Shown here piece after piece: positions 13,101 through 26,753 of a DNA stretch of 64,000 nucleotides. The stretch lies in contig OX597815.1 of the NCBI GenBank assembly GCA_951406725.2, positions 32,860,001-32,924,000 of the forward strand, read 5' to 3'. The stretch is from Octopus vulgaris. Its lineage: Eukaryota. The notes below the pieces were generated by a model. That model did no database searches. It saw only the letters and a list, made by a program, of their open reading frames with translations, and was not told where the DNA came from. The position numbers were made by a program, and so were the translations under genes. How positions within the stretch are numbered: the first letter of the stretch is position 1; the number at the start of each line of letters is the position of its first letter.

Positions 13101-16100
13101 TGGATATTTTTTTCTGAGTTGAATTCAAGTAACTAACTCAGTAGTAATTAACAAATGGTCAATTTCTATAATATAAAATTAAATCATTCCTAATCATGCA
13201 ATACTGGTACATTTAGGCACTGTATTCTATCCTTGTCTCTGATCTGCAGGAATCTGTTGACTCTGTCAATTATCTCCCTTAAAACAACTCATTACAATCA
13301 CCTCTTCCCTTCACTCCTGCACAATCTCTTCTTAAATCCTGTATGAAATACTTAGCTCAGCCCCTTCCCCTCATTACTACATTTCTTTGGATTTTCCTTC
13401 TTGTCTGTAACTTCTTCCAGCTATTACAATTCAAATTCATCTTCAGTCACAATAATCTTACAAAAAGTATTCTGTTTAGGATGGCCTGCAAAGGCTATAG
13501 ATACAGCCCTTTCTACTCAGAATATCTTGCACATCCATAACACACACTACCTTGCACAAATTCTTCCCTTGAAAATGGCTTTTATCAGTCTAGTATTTTC
13601 TACCTTTTTAACTATTGTATGTAACTAGTGCCTCTTGTAGATATACCTTGGTGTAGGTTTTTGCTGTTAGTTTCATTTTTATGCCTTTTTATCATAAATT
13701 GCCTTTATTGCTTACAAAATATATTTATATTGGATACATGCGTATTTTTTAAACTTTAATATTCTAATTTCGTTTAAAAAGACTTTTGAATGTTATTGTC
13801 ATTCTCATGCTTTTTTGAAATTATGAATTGGTGCATATGGAAATGTATTGAGCTGATATTTCAAAGTTCGTTTTATTGTAAAACATTAAATGATTGTTTG
13901 CTAGTTCAATGTTTGCTTAAACCCTCTCTACAACACCATCACTATCAGTTTCCTATAATTCTACAAATTAGGTGAGTAGTTCTCTTTTGTTATTGAGTTC
14001 TTTTTTTATAGCTAGTTACTTTACATATTACCAACCCTGTATGTTTTTAAATGAGCAAGTTTTTATTTTAAGCTATTTAATTTTTCCATACCTTATTCTT
14101 AATCATAACCACACTTGTTAAATAAGCAAGTAAAGGTTTTCTTTTCTCTCAGTACTGTCTTTGTTCCATCACTTGATATTTTCTGAGTTATTTTCTTTCA
14201 AAATCCCCAAACAACAAACAACTAACATAAGGTTAGGTTCTAATCATAACGATTGTGCCTACTTTGTAATTAGTTTTTACTCCTTTTATGATTTTCAAAG
14301 CAGTGGTCAAATAAGCTTATTGTTTTGGGACAAGAATGCATTAGGAATTAGGTATACTTGGCATACATTTTCAGAGACCCGTAAATTATGAAAGTCCCCT
14401 GTTGAAAGTAATTGAGTTCATAACTTCAGACATGTGTTTTTAACTGTGTATTGAAATTCCCTAGCATTATCTAAGTAGCACACCAAAAGATTGATCCAAG
14501 ATAGAAATATCATCTTACATACTGAGTATGTATATATATATTAATAATAGAGTAGAACACTTGTTTAGAACACTATAAATATAACAAAACCATTATAAAC
14601 AATATGATCCTTAAGTCTTATTTAAAATATTTTCCACTTATTAAACTGCTTATCCTTTACCTGTTTGTCCACACTTTGAAAATTGTTTTTTTTTTTTATT
14701 CAGAAAAGTTGTAAATCTACTGAAGCCATATTCTTCATGATACTAAACATTATAGGGGTTGTAGATATGGTTGTGTGGTTAAGAAGTTCACTATACAGAA
14801 TCTTGGGAAAACTTTAAAAAAAAAACATATAGGAGACTATGTATGGGAGTGTTGGTGGGGCAGTAAGTGAACAAAAATCAGGTTGGTTAACAGTTAAAAC
14901 CTTGTGATATTTGTTTGAATTAAGTTATTGCCTTCTTTACATCAAAGGTAATTTCTCTTCTCATCTCTTATGAAATCATTAAAATGGTACCAAACCAAGT
15001 ACTAGGTTGGTATAATTGACAAAACCTCTCAAAGGGAAATGTCCCAATCCAGCAAAAGAATAAAAAAAATTATAAGCACAATTTGGAAGCAGAGACCAAT
15101 ATATTCACTGATATCACTTGAACAACCATGTTTCTATTATTCATATGACAACTCATTATAGATTGCACAACAGTCTGCCTATCATTTCCTCTTATCAGAT
15201 TAGATTATAAACTTTTTCTTCTATTCTTAGTTATTGCTCATATTATCTAATATTAATTACATTAAAATTTTTGCTATTAATTAATAGTGGATTAGTCATG
15301 TTATGAAGAGTTAATCCACTGTTTCATTTGTGTATGTCATCCCAGTATCAGTTTAAGTCAACATTTTCTTCAGTTTGTCTACTGTTATTAGTAAATATTT
15401 GTAAAAGAAGTAATACATAAACTTCCTGAGCTCTATGTTATTAGACTTTCTATTATACAGCAAAGATGGGTGAAAATTATTGAAGTTATGAATTGCATTT
15501 AAAAAGAAAGGTTGTCCAAATATGGAAATTACTTTGGAATAGCACGAATTAAGAATTTTGTCTGATTCATAGAAGTATCCAGTTTTGCCACTCTAGTACT
15601 TGGTTATTAATGTTTTAGCTTTTAATTTCTTAAGTGAAGTGGCATGGACTAAATCATGCTGAATTACTCATATTTGCTTCTTGCTGTTTGTTGGTGACTG
15701 TTATGATTTAGGTTAGGAATAGTAGTTCATTAGTTAAACTTCTCTTACTTATTCACTACTTGCTTAGAGGACAATTGATAGTTTGTTTGTGTTGTTTTTA
15801 ATCATTAATTATATTGAAATTTTTAAAGATTTTTTTAATGAACACTATTCAGAAGTGGATTTTGGAAACATTTGTCAGATGTATTTTAGAATTAACTGGC
15901 TGTTGTTGGTCTAGAAACATGTTTCCATACTGCCTTTTCAAAAGACATTTAGTGAATATTTCCTGATGTTGGTTCATTTTCTGTCATAATAGAAGGCCCT
16001 TCAATTATTAATTACCTTACTACTCCCCCTAATCTTGTGTAACTTCTGTATCTCAAAACCACCTCTTTTGTCACATTTCAGTTGCTCTGATCAATCTAAT

Positions 16101-19100
16101 TTAGGAGCAAATTTTGAAAAAGAAACAATTTACTTACTGAAAATAAAAAATCTATTTGTTGAAAACTTTTTGCTCATTTTTATTGCTGTTGTCCATTTAC
16201 CTTTGTAAGTTTTATTGACTAATAATTTTGTAATTAATAATGATAATAAAATATCTTAAATGGTGTTGTTTCTCAATGTATATAAGATTATGCAGGTGAA
16301 TCAACCAAAAACTTTTACTGTAGCAGCTCTATAGATATTGATATAATTTCCATAGTATGTATAACTAGATGCTTTGCAGAGCCAGGTACTAGCCTTTTCT
16401 ACAATCTTGTAGGTAAGTGATAAACATCAACCAGTACAGTTTCAAACAGCATGGGTCCCTACCTCATCTATTCTGTCTTCTGTCTGCTAGACAGCTCTTT
16501 CTCAATTTTTTTTTCTCTTTATGACAGCTCTGTCCGTGTAATATATCTTCCGAGTTGCTTAGTTCAGAACTTTTAGAAGTTAATTTTGTTACTTTATGTT
16601 AGGGCTAGTCATGTAAATTTGACCATGTTGTAGTATCCCTAAGTTCATAGTTTGCTGAATCACAAGGAACCATGGAACTATTTTTTTAAAAATCTCTACT
16701 CTTGTCATTGCACCAATACTATACATGTCTTTAAAAGATACTGAATATGCTGCAGGAAAAACTGTAACTTGATTGTTGATTTAAACTTCTAATATCTATA
16801 GTAGTGAACACAGTCTTTTTATTATTCAGATAATCTGCAACTTGAGTATATATCTGGCTCCACAGCTGATCAACTAGTATATTGTTTTGTCATTTGTTTT
16901 TTTTTCCAGCTAAGTTTTCATATATTTTATCTGGTTTGGTCCCTCACAATTCTAATTTTCAAATATCTTTAGTGTCAACTATTTCTGAATTTCATTCCAT
17001 GACATTAGAGAAAGTAGATACTTGGCAATATACTGAAGTGGTGTGAAGTCACAAATGAATTTATTATATCCCTTCTTCCCCACTTTAAAATAAAGGTTTC
17101 TATCTATGTCCTAGAAAGAAATTATCTCTATTATGAAGTTGTTGGAAAAGTCTTAGACTGGACTGTTGAAGTTTCTGGTAACTAGTTTAATAAATATACT
17201 GTTCTGTAGTGAGGTATGGAAGTTAACATTATTTTCCCTCCCTTTAAAATCAGTATATCAGTCGATACTGACACTAATGGAATCATTATTCTCTTTTCTT
17301 TAAAATAAACTAAAGACAAAAAGAAAAAAACAACAAATAAATGGTGGTGCATCAGCATGGCCACAGCTCTGAGCTGAAACTACAGAAAAAAAAAATTCTA
17401 TTCAAAGAAATTGTTCTTATAGTCTGCCATTTTTCTAGTTAGAAAATCGTAGATTTGTCATTCAATTATGAAACTTTAAAATAATTCTTTTTATTGTCTA
17501 AAGTATTTGTTACTATTGCAATTTTGAACATTCTTCCCTTCCCACGTAATATGGTAGGGAGAGGGAAGTAAGAAGGAATCCAATCTGTTAAGATTATTGC
17601 ATTCTAAACATAAATTCATTGAAAACTACTCCTGAAATCAAAGAACATAATTTGTTTGGAATTCTTTTTATATTATATCATATATTCTTATTTTATTTAA
17701 TTTAATTTTTTTTTTTTTACTTTTATTCTTTTACTTTCAATTTAATTTCCATACTGATATGTTGAGATCTAATAGCTTTTCTGGAAAATTCTAACAGCTG
17801 AATGCATTTATTTTTCCTTCTTATTGTAAAAATATTGAAAAACTTCAGGTTTATCAGTGTAAACTAATCTTCCCTAGTTTAACTGAATTGTTCTTTTACA
17901 TTTGATTTTCTGCATCTTTTATTTAATAGTATATGCATGGCTGCATATCTCTATTAGTATTGATTTTCTTTTCTTTTTTTTATGGAATATGGGAACTTAA
18001 AAGTCCTTCAGTAGTTTTTTTCTTCTTATTTTTATCTAGTTTTTACCATAAAAAAAAAAAAATGTCTGTTATTTAGGTTGCTTTTGTTAAGCAACAGATA
18101 TTCATTTGCTGCTTCTTTTGTTGGCTAAAAATTTTAAAAAATTGAAACCAACAAGTCGAAACTCTAATTATTCAAATTTTAATAAAAGCTATTAATTTTC
18201 TAAATTAATACATTTAAAGATCAATATCTTGCCTCTTTTATCAGATTTGATAAAAATTACAAGTGCTATTCTGTAATAGGCACCATTTTTGACATCAAAA
18301 TGATTAACTCCAGACATTAGTAATAGACCTAAGATAATTACAATTGGGAAATTAATTTCTAAACCTTGATGCAATTCTATTTTGATGTAAGTCTAGGCAA
18401 GACGTCATTAGTTTTATTCGGAACAGTACATTTTATCTGAGATATATGAATGCTCATTGACATTATCGCTGATAATCAGGCTTGGCCAAATGAGAGGATA
18501 GCAGCTTGTCAGTTGATGAGTCATCAATAAACATCTCACTACCAACACTGCACTGAATTCTCAGCAATGACAGATACTGAACATAAATTGTTGGCTCAGT
18601 CCACTTGGTGGTAAATAGGTAAAAATAGAGAAATATACTTAACTGCTTTGATTAGAAGAAACATTATAAGCAATGGTTGCATTGCTGAGATGGAATTCTT
18701 CCATGGGCGAAAACTTGCAATTAATCAACAGGCATCTTAAACAGGTAAAGACTGTTAACAGCCTGAAATTTATACACAAACTCAAACCTACCATGACATT
18801 TTTAAGTAGCAAATTAAAAGAAAAATCATGGTACCATGATGGCTGCAGCCAACTGCCTAGAACCAAGAAGCAAGTAAAATAGATTAACCCTTTCATTATG
18901 TTAAAGTCTATGACTTTAACCCTTTGGAGACAGAGCCTCATTTGGAGTGTCAGTGCCCTTTTCACAAACCTTACAGAGGGCTTGCAAACTATGTCTTTTT
19001 GGCTGATAGATCAGCCCTGTCATTTCTTAAGGGTTAACTTGCATTACATTTATATTTACATTATATTTAAATTAGAAGCTCTTTATTACATGAATGTTTA

Positions 19101-19169
19101 TGTTTCATTAAGTAAATATTTATTCTCAGGAAATGTTGCAGATTTGGGCAGTGAGAGAGGATGGGGCCA

Positions 19170-19345
19170 TTAAATGGTTGCTTGACCTGCTAGAAATATC
19201 AGCCATATCTCCCTCAAATCACACCTTATCATCTTAAAAAAGGACACATTAGATAATATAGACCTGGATCTATGCTTGAAATAAATACAGGATGGTCATA
19301 GTTGGAATGCTGTTGATCATAGGTCTGCTCAATCAGCAATAACAA
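19170..19345 (+). repeat. Old dispersed repeat (CTAGAAATAGCAGCCA.ATCTCCCTCAAATCACAC family)
   Basis: Related copies at ~3003-3150, 25730-25860, 51890-52060 and, inverted, ~27600-27800. Class not determined. Confidence 0.6.
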
Positions 19346-21138
19346 CATTACAGTTGTGCTTTGTGAATGCAGCCTGTAGAGTTAGTAATGTACTGAGTGA
19401 CCAAGCAAGAGGTTGGTGACAGTGTTGTGTGTGTGTGTCCGTGTCCAGCCTTTACATTTCACATGTCTGTCTAGCTCAATTCAGTATTATAAGCAGAGGT
19501 TAGTATTTTTGAATTACAAAATGGCTTACTGGCTTACAGAAGTTCAGTTGTTTCTATGGTAAAAACTACCTTTAATAGATCAGTGTCCTATATATTGGAG
19601 AAACTTGTCACACACTTCCACTTAATAAAGACTGAAGATAAGTACTTGCCCCATGTGTTTTCATGACTCAGAAAAGAGATTATTTTAATGAAAAACCTCC
19701 AAATTCATGATTATCTATTCAGGCAATTAGGTCACCCTATGATCATATGTTTTCACATGAATTTTTTCCATCTGGTATGAATTTAAAAAGTTTGCATGGC
19801 TATAGATTTTTATGCATTTATAAACTCTGTCTAGTCTTAGCCACATTGCTATTAGTCTTATGTTTGTGTATCTTGTACTCATTGTCTCTCTCTCTCTTGC
19901 TCTGTTGAGGTCAAATTAGGAAACAAATGTAATTTATTATGACAATCACATCAATCACTGATAGAAATCTGGCAAAATAACCTAAAGAGAATCATTAAAT
20001 AATGTGTGTGTGTGTGTAGACAAATGTATATGTGAATATATAAATATGCGTATGTATGTGGGTGTATGTATTAATGTCTAAATTTTGAATATAAACATGA
20101 CTGTGCATCATGTAAATGGTTTCCAAATATAGTCTGAAGACAGCACATGCTAAAAAAATAATAATGCTAATGTCATGACTTTCACATAAACACCCTTGCC
20201 TGAAACTGAAATAAAGAAGCTTTATGGTTAAAAATTGTATGCTAATTTGTGACTATTTTGCATATTTGATGAGACCACTCTAACTTAAATAAGTTGATGT
20301 ATTCTATATATTTTTGTAAAAGCATACCTGATCCTATATACGTTTGCAACCTTTTGAAACACACCTTTATGGTTTTGAATTGCAGGAATTTGCCAAGTTT
20401 AGGAACATTTTTTTTCTCCTGATAGCTGTTCCTACAACTACTTTAGTGTTCTCCATATACAAAGCTGAATTTCTGAAATTATAATATGTATATATGCTAC
20501 TCTTCAAGAACAGAGTACTTTCTTCAATGTTTGTACTAACCACATACAATTGCCACATACACATGTATACATGTTTAGATTATGTGTGAGTGTGTGTGTG
20601 TGTTGTATCTTGGGAGGGCCTGTTATTTGGTTTGTCAAGAATCTTTTTGTTACCATTTATACTCTTATTAATGATGTGTCCTTGTTACTTCACATTATTA
20701 TTATTATTATTATTATTGCTATTATTGAGTGAGAGAGCAGTGCATGCCATCAAAGTGACTTGGGTACAAATATACGAAGCCCAATATACCACTCATGACT
20801 GCCTGTCTGATAAAGGTACACCAGGCACATGCATCACAGCCATATGTGTGCAACATAGTGATCTCATATTAAAGTAAACAGTGCATGACCTTGCAGGTGG
20901 GGCCCAGTTGGAATATAGTAATATATAAATATATAAACATCATATAAAAATATATAAATATATAAGAATCAATGTTGCATTTATTACACATTGAATTTAC
21001 ACTTAAAATCATAAAACATTTGGTAAAAATTTGTTAAATTAAAAATTTGGGGTAATAAAACATACAATGACATATTAAAATTCCAGAGAAAAATACAGAA
21101 AAGATAAATATACAAAATTACAAAAATACATAAATGTT

Positions 21139-21220
21139 CATCTACGGGCCGTTTCGGAGACGCGCCAATTAATATGAAGCATATCATATATTTGAAATTG
21201 ACACTCCCCTCGTCAGGATG
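21139..21220 (-). ncRNA. Type I hammerhead ribozyme, intact core
   Basis: CAUC-CUGACGA-GGGGAGUGUCAAUU...AAUUGGCGCGUCUCC-GAAA-CGGCCCG-UA/GAUG. Canonical CUGANGA and GAAA, 4-bp stem I, ~14-bp stem II with one bulge plus an inner AUAUGA/UCAUAU hairpin, minimal stem III, GUA triplet. Confidence 0.8.
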
Positions 21221-21356
21221 TTTTTTACACACAACACATAAAACACGGAACCAAATGCACAATTACATACCGGCTATATGTGAGAGACCAGACATTACAT
21301 ACTCCGGTATGTAATTGTGCATTTGTTTCCGTGTATTATGTGTTGTGTGTAAAAAA

Positions 21357-21438
21357 CATCCTGACGAGGGGAGTGTCAATTTTAAATATATGATATGTTT
21401 CATATTAATTGGCGCGTCTCCGAAACGGCCCGTTTATG
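21357..21438 (+). ncRNA. Hammerhead copy with mutated cleavage site and stem I
   Basis: Core boxes intact, but GUA/GAUG is replaced by GUU/UAUG, breaking the first stem I pair. Confidence 0.6.
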
Positions 21439-22214
21439 AACATTTATGTATTTTTGTAATTTTGTATATTTATCTTTTCTGTATTTTTCTCAGGATTTTT
21501 AATACGTCATTTTAATATGTCATTGTATGTTTTATTTCCCCATATTTTTAATTTAACAAATTTTTACCAGATGTTTTATGATTTTTAAGTGTAAATTCAA
21601 TATGTTATATATGCAACATTGATTCTTATATATTTATATATTTTTATATGATGTTTATATATTTATATATTACTATATTTTTAAACGTCGGTCTTTATAT
21701 CTGTTCTGTAGATATAAATGAATATATGAATATATGTATGTGTTTGATCTTTCTGTGGATTTTGTAATGTTCCTTTAGTTGCTACTCACATTGCCTCCCC
21801 TCGGATTAATAAGTGTATTATTATTATAATTATTATTATTATTATTATTATTCAACTAATTAATTAACCAATCAGCTGACTGCTTGATTAGTCACTTGAT
21901 CAATCAATTAATCAGTCAGTTGGTTTGTCATGAGTCTTGTTAGTCACCATTTATGCTCTTATTAATGACATGTCCTAGTTACTCTAGATTTCTCACATTG
22001 GATACAACTTGAGATTTCTTTTCTTATGCTGTACATTTTAGCTATAAGAATAAGATCATATGCAAAGAGGAGTTTCCATTAGCAACCGATCTTAAACACC
22101 TCTGTTATGACATGAAAGACTAAAAGGAAGGGTTCTGAGGACTGAGCCTGATGTACCCAACACACATGCACACATACCATACACACACACACACACACAC
22201 ACTCTCTCTCTCTC

Positions 22215-24100
22215 TCTCAATTCATCTATTCTCATTACTAACACCTTGCTGAGTGCACCTCTGTACATGGCTTATACAGCTCTCACAAACCATTTGTCTG
22301 TTTTAAACTTTCTTTGTGACCACCAGATCATAGACCATGGAACCCTGTAGAAAGCCTTCTCTAGGTCAATAAATGCTAGTTGTAGGAGCTTACTCCTGGC
22401 TAGTTTTGCTTCTTCAGTTGTCGGCACAAAACCAAAATGCATTCTTCTCAATTCATTCATATCCTAATTAATTGTGCTAAAATTTCTTGTGTAACTTTCA
22501 TAATCTAATCTAATAGTTTAATACTTTTGTATTTGTGTCTCTTTCCTGCATTTCCTTTACCTTTGTAGCGGTTAATGATACTGCTACTCTGCTAGTCATT
22601 GGTTATGACATCCTCCTCTACCAAACATTTTAAGCATTTGAGCTGTGATTCCTGATGGATCAGGTGTCTCCTTTGCCTTCATATCCTTAATCAATCTATA
22701 CACCATACTGTTGTCAACTCGAATGATTTACTTTGAGTAGTCTCTCTTTTGCTCATGCATTCTCCATGTTCAACAACCTCTTATAATAGCATTTCCATGA
22801 CTCTTTTAAATGTCAATATGCACAAGAGTGCTTTTATAATTCCATACACACTTTACTCCAATGATGTCTTCATTTTCTCTTGTACTCTGTTTTGCAATAC
22901 AGAATATTTCATGCCTCTGATCCTTCCATTTCAGAAACATTGGTAAATTTCTTACTCTTGGTTTCTTCCCTTGTTAAGTATAAGTGACATCTAACTTACC
23001 TTTCGTGAGTTGACTTTATTCTTTGCTTCCCTCATCCAGTTTTTTTTAAGCTTGTCTCTTAGCCTTTATGGCTCTATCAACAGAACTGTTCCACCATCAT
23101 GTCATCCTCTTTTTGGCAGGAGTCTTGCACCAGCCACAGATTTGGTTCATCACCCTCAGTAGGTTGTCCAGTAGAAACTCTCAACTGTTCTTTATGATGT
23201 AATTTTCTGTCTCATCCTCTATCTTGTCAAATGTGTCAATACTGCTGGTTCTTAACACTTTCAACTACCATGTCCTCCTTCTTAAGATAGGCTTCTCTCT
23301 CTGGGTCCATTGAGCTCCAATTCTGCAGACACTAACCACTAGTTTATGTAGATTGAGACATATTTTCACTAGTTATAGACTTAGTATTCTCAATATTTAC
23401 AACAAACTCTCCACCAATTTTCTTAATGAATATAAAGTGTAACAGACATCTATGTTCTCTCGGTAGGCATATATGTGATCAGATAGCTGGTTTCTTGGAG
23501 TTAGTCTTGCAAATGGCAAGACCATTTGTATCACTGTATTTCAAGAGCCATGACACTGACTCATTCCATATGCCAAAGCCATAGCCTCCATATACACCTA
23601 AGAAGCCCTCCGGTGTTACCTGACATGTCCATTAATATTGCCAGCCATGATGATGAGGCATACATATTTGCCAAACCTAACATATATATGATGTCTGGGA
23701 CTTTACAGTAAGGTTGACTCTAAATTCGAGTCACCTCACCAATAAAACTTCCGTTGTTATTTTTAAACATTCTTTGAAATGACAACTTCAGTTTAGCATT
23801 ATATATATATATATATATTGTACTAACTGGGGTTGAATACATCTACTAACCACACCTATGAGCCTGCTTTCTTTATCCAGACCCACATTATACCTTTCTC
23901 TGCAGCTTCAATACAGGAATATATGTCTTGTCCATTTACTGAAAAAATTTGTCAAAAGTTTTCAGAGTGAGTGCCTCTCAAATCCCCTAGCAGCCCCTCT
24001 TCAGTTCACTCACAGTGAGTCCAGCAGCTTTTGCTTTTGCACTGCTCCACCAGGTTTTGGTATCTGGGAAGCTTTCTCCCATGATCTTCCTCCATGAGTG
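22215..24100 (-). mobile_element. Decayed RTE-clade LINE (RT and APE endonuclease remnants)
   Basis: ORF 22272-22460 encodes MHFGFVP...LAFIDLEKAFYRVPWSMIWWSQRK (RT domain). Many stops and frameshifts; the higher-coordinate boundary is approximate. Confidence 0.8.
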
Positions 24101-26506
24101 CTTCTCACATGGTCACCTGCTTGGTGGAATCTGCGAAAATGTTCTTGTCTGAGCAAAGTGTTGTCTGTATGATGTGATCAGAGCCCCCAATTTGTTTTAC
24201 AAAATCCATCCTCAGCTGTCAGCCTGGGGCTCTGGAAAGTAGCCAGGCTCTTATCTGTAGTAAGGTACAGGGTTTCTTTCCTGCTTCGAGAAAAGAAACT
24301 GAGTAATTTAAGTGTGACATATAATAGTATTTAAATAAATGAAGTTAATTGAAATGTTATGAGTCATTTGCAAACATTTTTTGAATGTGTGTGTGTGTGT
24401 GTATGCCTATAGTATGTGTACATGTGTGTGTGCAATTCATACATGCATGTGTGTGTGTGCGTGAAGAGTAAACTTCATTACATTATAGACTTTAATGGAT
24501 GTAATGAAATCTTATGAAAATTGAAATTTAACAAAATTAATGATTATTGGAGGAAAAACATGTGAAGTTAATTAAATTATTAAACTTGTATCTATTTTAT
24601 CTAGATTTTATGTGTGTATGTTCTATTGTGTTATATTTTGCCACATATGTACAGAATGCAGAACTGATAATAAAATTGCATTAATGAAATATATTTGTCA
24701 TTAAATTACATTCAACAATTTTTGTTATTTACATGGTATTTATCAGTTTCAAAATCTCTTTGAAAAATCTGACAAAAGCATCAATGGAGAAAGAATATAC
24801 CATTTATGATCGTCATATCAGATTATCCTTCTCACTTTCACAGTAACTGAGAATAACATTTATATCAAGCATGTAAATGACAATGTACTTATTTTGTGAT
24901 TCATTTGTAATTTTCTTTTGAATAATGTCTGTTATTTTGATGAAACTTGATTTTTCTTAATTTTTATTTCATATGAAAATATTTGTGTCAAATACAGCCT
25001 CTTCCTCTGATGGAGATGATGATTAGTTTAATATTGTGTGTGGGTGTGTGTCTGATAGAGAGAGAGAAGAGGGGGGGTGAGAATGGTAGATGAATTATTT
25101 ATGACAGTGAAATTTGTTTGCAGCACGTGGAAAGAAATGAGAGGAATTTGATTAATTAGTTGTGTAATTAGAATTCAAGGAATGATATGATGAACTTATA
25201 GACATCTGTGAATTAGCTACATCAAGTGTTGTTTGTGAGAGTGATGGCTGAGACAGAGATATATCTCTCTATCTCATTCATATATGAGTAGAACGGAAGG
25301 ACAGATATGGGATGAATAAATCAATCATCAGAGCAAAAATAAGCTTGGAATGGAATGAGAAGATTGAAGGAAGCTAGGGATCACTGAAGATTTGGTTCAA
25401 CGCGTGACAAAATATTGACTAATTCTTCATTGAAATAGAGTTTTAAAAGCAAATGTTAAAAGGTGTTTCTTCTTTTGCTTCTTCTGAGTGATTGGTTATG
25501 TTCATTGTCGATATGTTTTACTTTGTTTGCCAGTGAGAGGAGCTTCCCACTTAATTACTCTGTTGTTAAGTTAAGTTAGACTTGCCAATATCTACTTGGG
25601 ATATCTCTAACATAGGCAGAGCCACTTTGTACAGAGATTGTCTCTGGTTGATGAATGATAACCCATGTTTGGTCAGAAACTGAAATGAAAATGAAGACAG
25701 ACCAAAGAAGAGAATTTCTATAATCAACTGACTTACTAGAAATAGCAGCCAGATATCATAAGAAAGGAAGGATGGTTTGGACTCTGTAGTCCTTGATAAT
25801 CACAGCCAGAGTGCCTTTGATCATATGTTTTATTACAATTGACAAATGGGTTAACAGCTTTAACATGGAATAAGAAATGCTAGCATTGAGGCAAATGCAG
25901 TTGTTGAACTATTGTTACATTCTGCTGACTTTTCTACATACAACAGACTTCAGAAATATAGTTAATCAACTTTAAATTAGTCCTACAGTTAATAGTTTAC
26001 TTAACTTGACAACTGAAAATATTCTTCCTAGTAAAGATCTTCTATTTTATAAAAAATACTAACTAAATATAAAATCTGAATTGATCCTACATTATAGTAC
26101 AAATACATGGGTCACAAGTTCATCTACTTGGGGATGATTTATTGTCTTTTGGATGAGGCGTTGAGTTTGTTTTGCCTCAGTCTCCGTAACTATATATTTG
26201 TCTATCAGGAACATTTTTCTTGCATCCTGTATTAAGAAAGTTTTATATCAATTCTATTTAATGTTATTGGAAAACATTGACTCGAAGATGGTTGTGGCCC
26301 ATGAAATAATTAATCAACAATATATGAAGAATAGAATATAAGGAAGCTACTTAATTTGAAAATTTGTGTTATGCGTGTATTGTTTCATTGTGTTATATAA
26401 TTTTTAGTTTTATTGGACTTATAAATTAAATCTTTTCAAAGGCTGTAACTGACACCCGTATTTCAAAGAATATTGTTGTCTCATTTTTATCTCTTTTTAA
26501 TTTTAG

Positions 26507-26657
26507 GATACCAGTTCGCTGGAACGATCCTTTAACGTTAACTATGGTAAATTTTACAACACCAGTTATTTGAAAGATGGTTATAACAGCTATATGAAAA
26601 GGGCCAGCATCAACCCCAAAGAAATGAGTAAATCATCTACTCATTATTGTAGACCAG
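26507..26657 (+). CDS. ABLIM: ABLIM-like exon (151 nt, phase 0-1; DTSSLERSFNVNYGKFYNTSYLKDGYNSYMKRASINPKEMSKSSTHYCRP)
   Basis: ttttag acceptor, CAG|gtatga donor. HYCRP(D) resembles the HFHRPD/HFHIPD motif of ABLIM/dematin. Confidence 0.85.
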
Positions 26658-26753
26658 GTATGATTGATATAACCATTACTAACTTTCTTTTACATCAACT
26701 GTGCAGGATAAATGGGATGAATTATTTTCCAGTATTGTATAATCTTGCTTAGT

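Larger units (their letters stand above)
20912..21679. mobile_element. Long inverted repeat (arms 20912-21273 and 21304-21679, 30-nt spacer), probable inverted Penelope-like pLTR pair
   Basis: The arms are near-identical reverse complements, which is why ORFs 20984-21262(-) and 21315-21515(+) are near-identical. Each arm has a hammerhead motif. The right arm continues to an (ATT)n tail at ~21850. Confidence 0.8.

Noticed and set aside
13905-13977. Perfect AG|GTGAGT donor with an upstream AG
   Set aside because: Stop codons in the frames compatible with the neighbouring exons. A non-coding exon cannot be excluded but is unsupported.
18884-19037. TTAACCCTT...AAGGGTTAA piggyBac-like ends
   Set aside because: Only ~5 bp of TIR and two alternative left ends; insufficient evidence.
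20984-21515. Two near-identical divergent ORFs (MCIWFRVLCVVCKKHPDEGS...)
   Set aside because: They are the two arms of the palindrome. PDEG and PKRP are just the hammerhead boxes read as codons.
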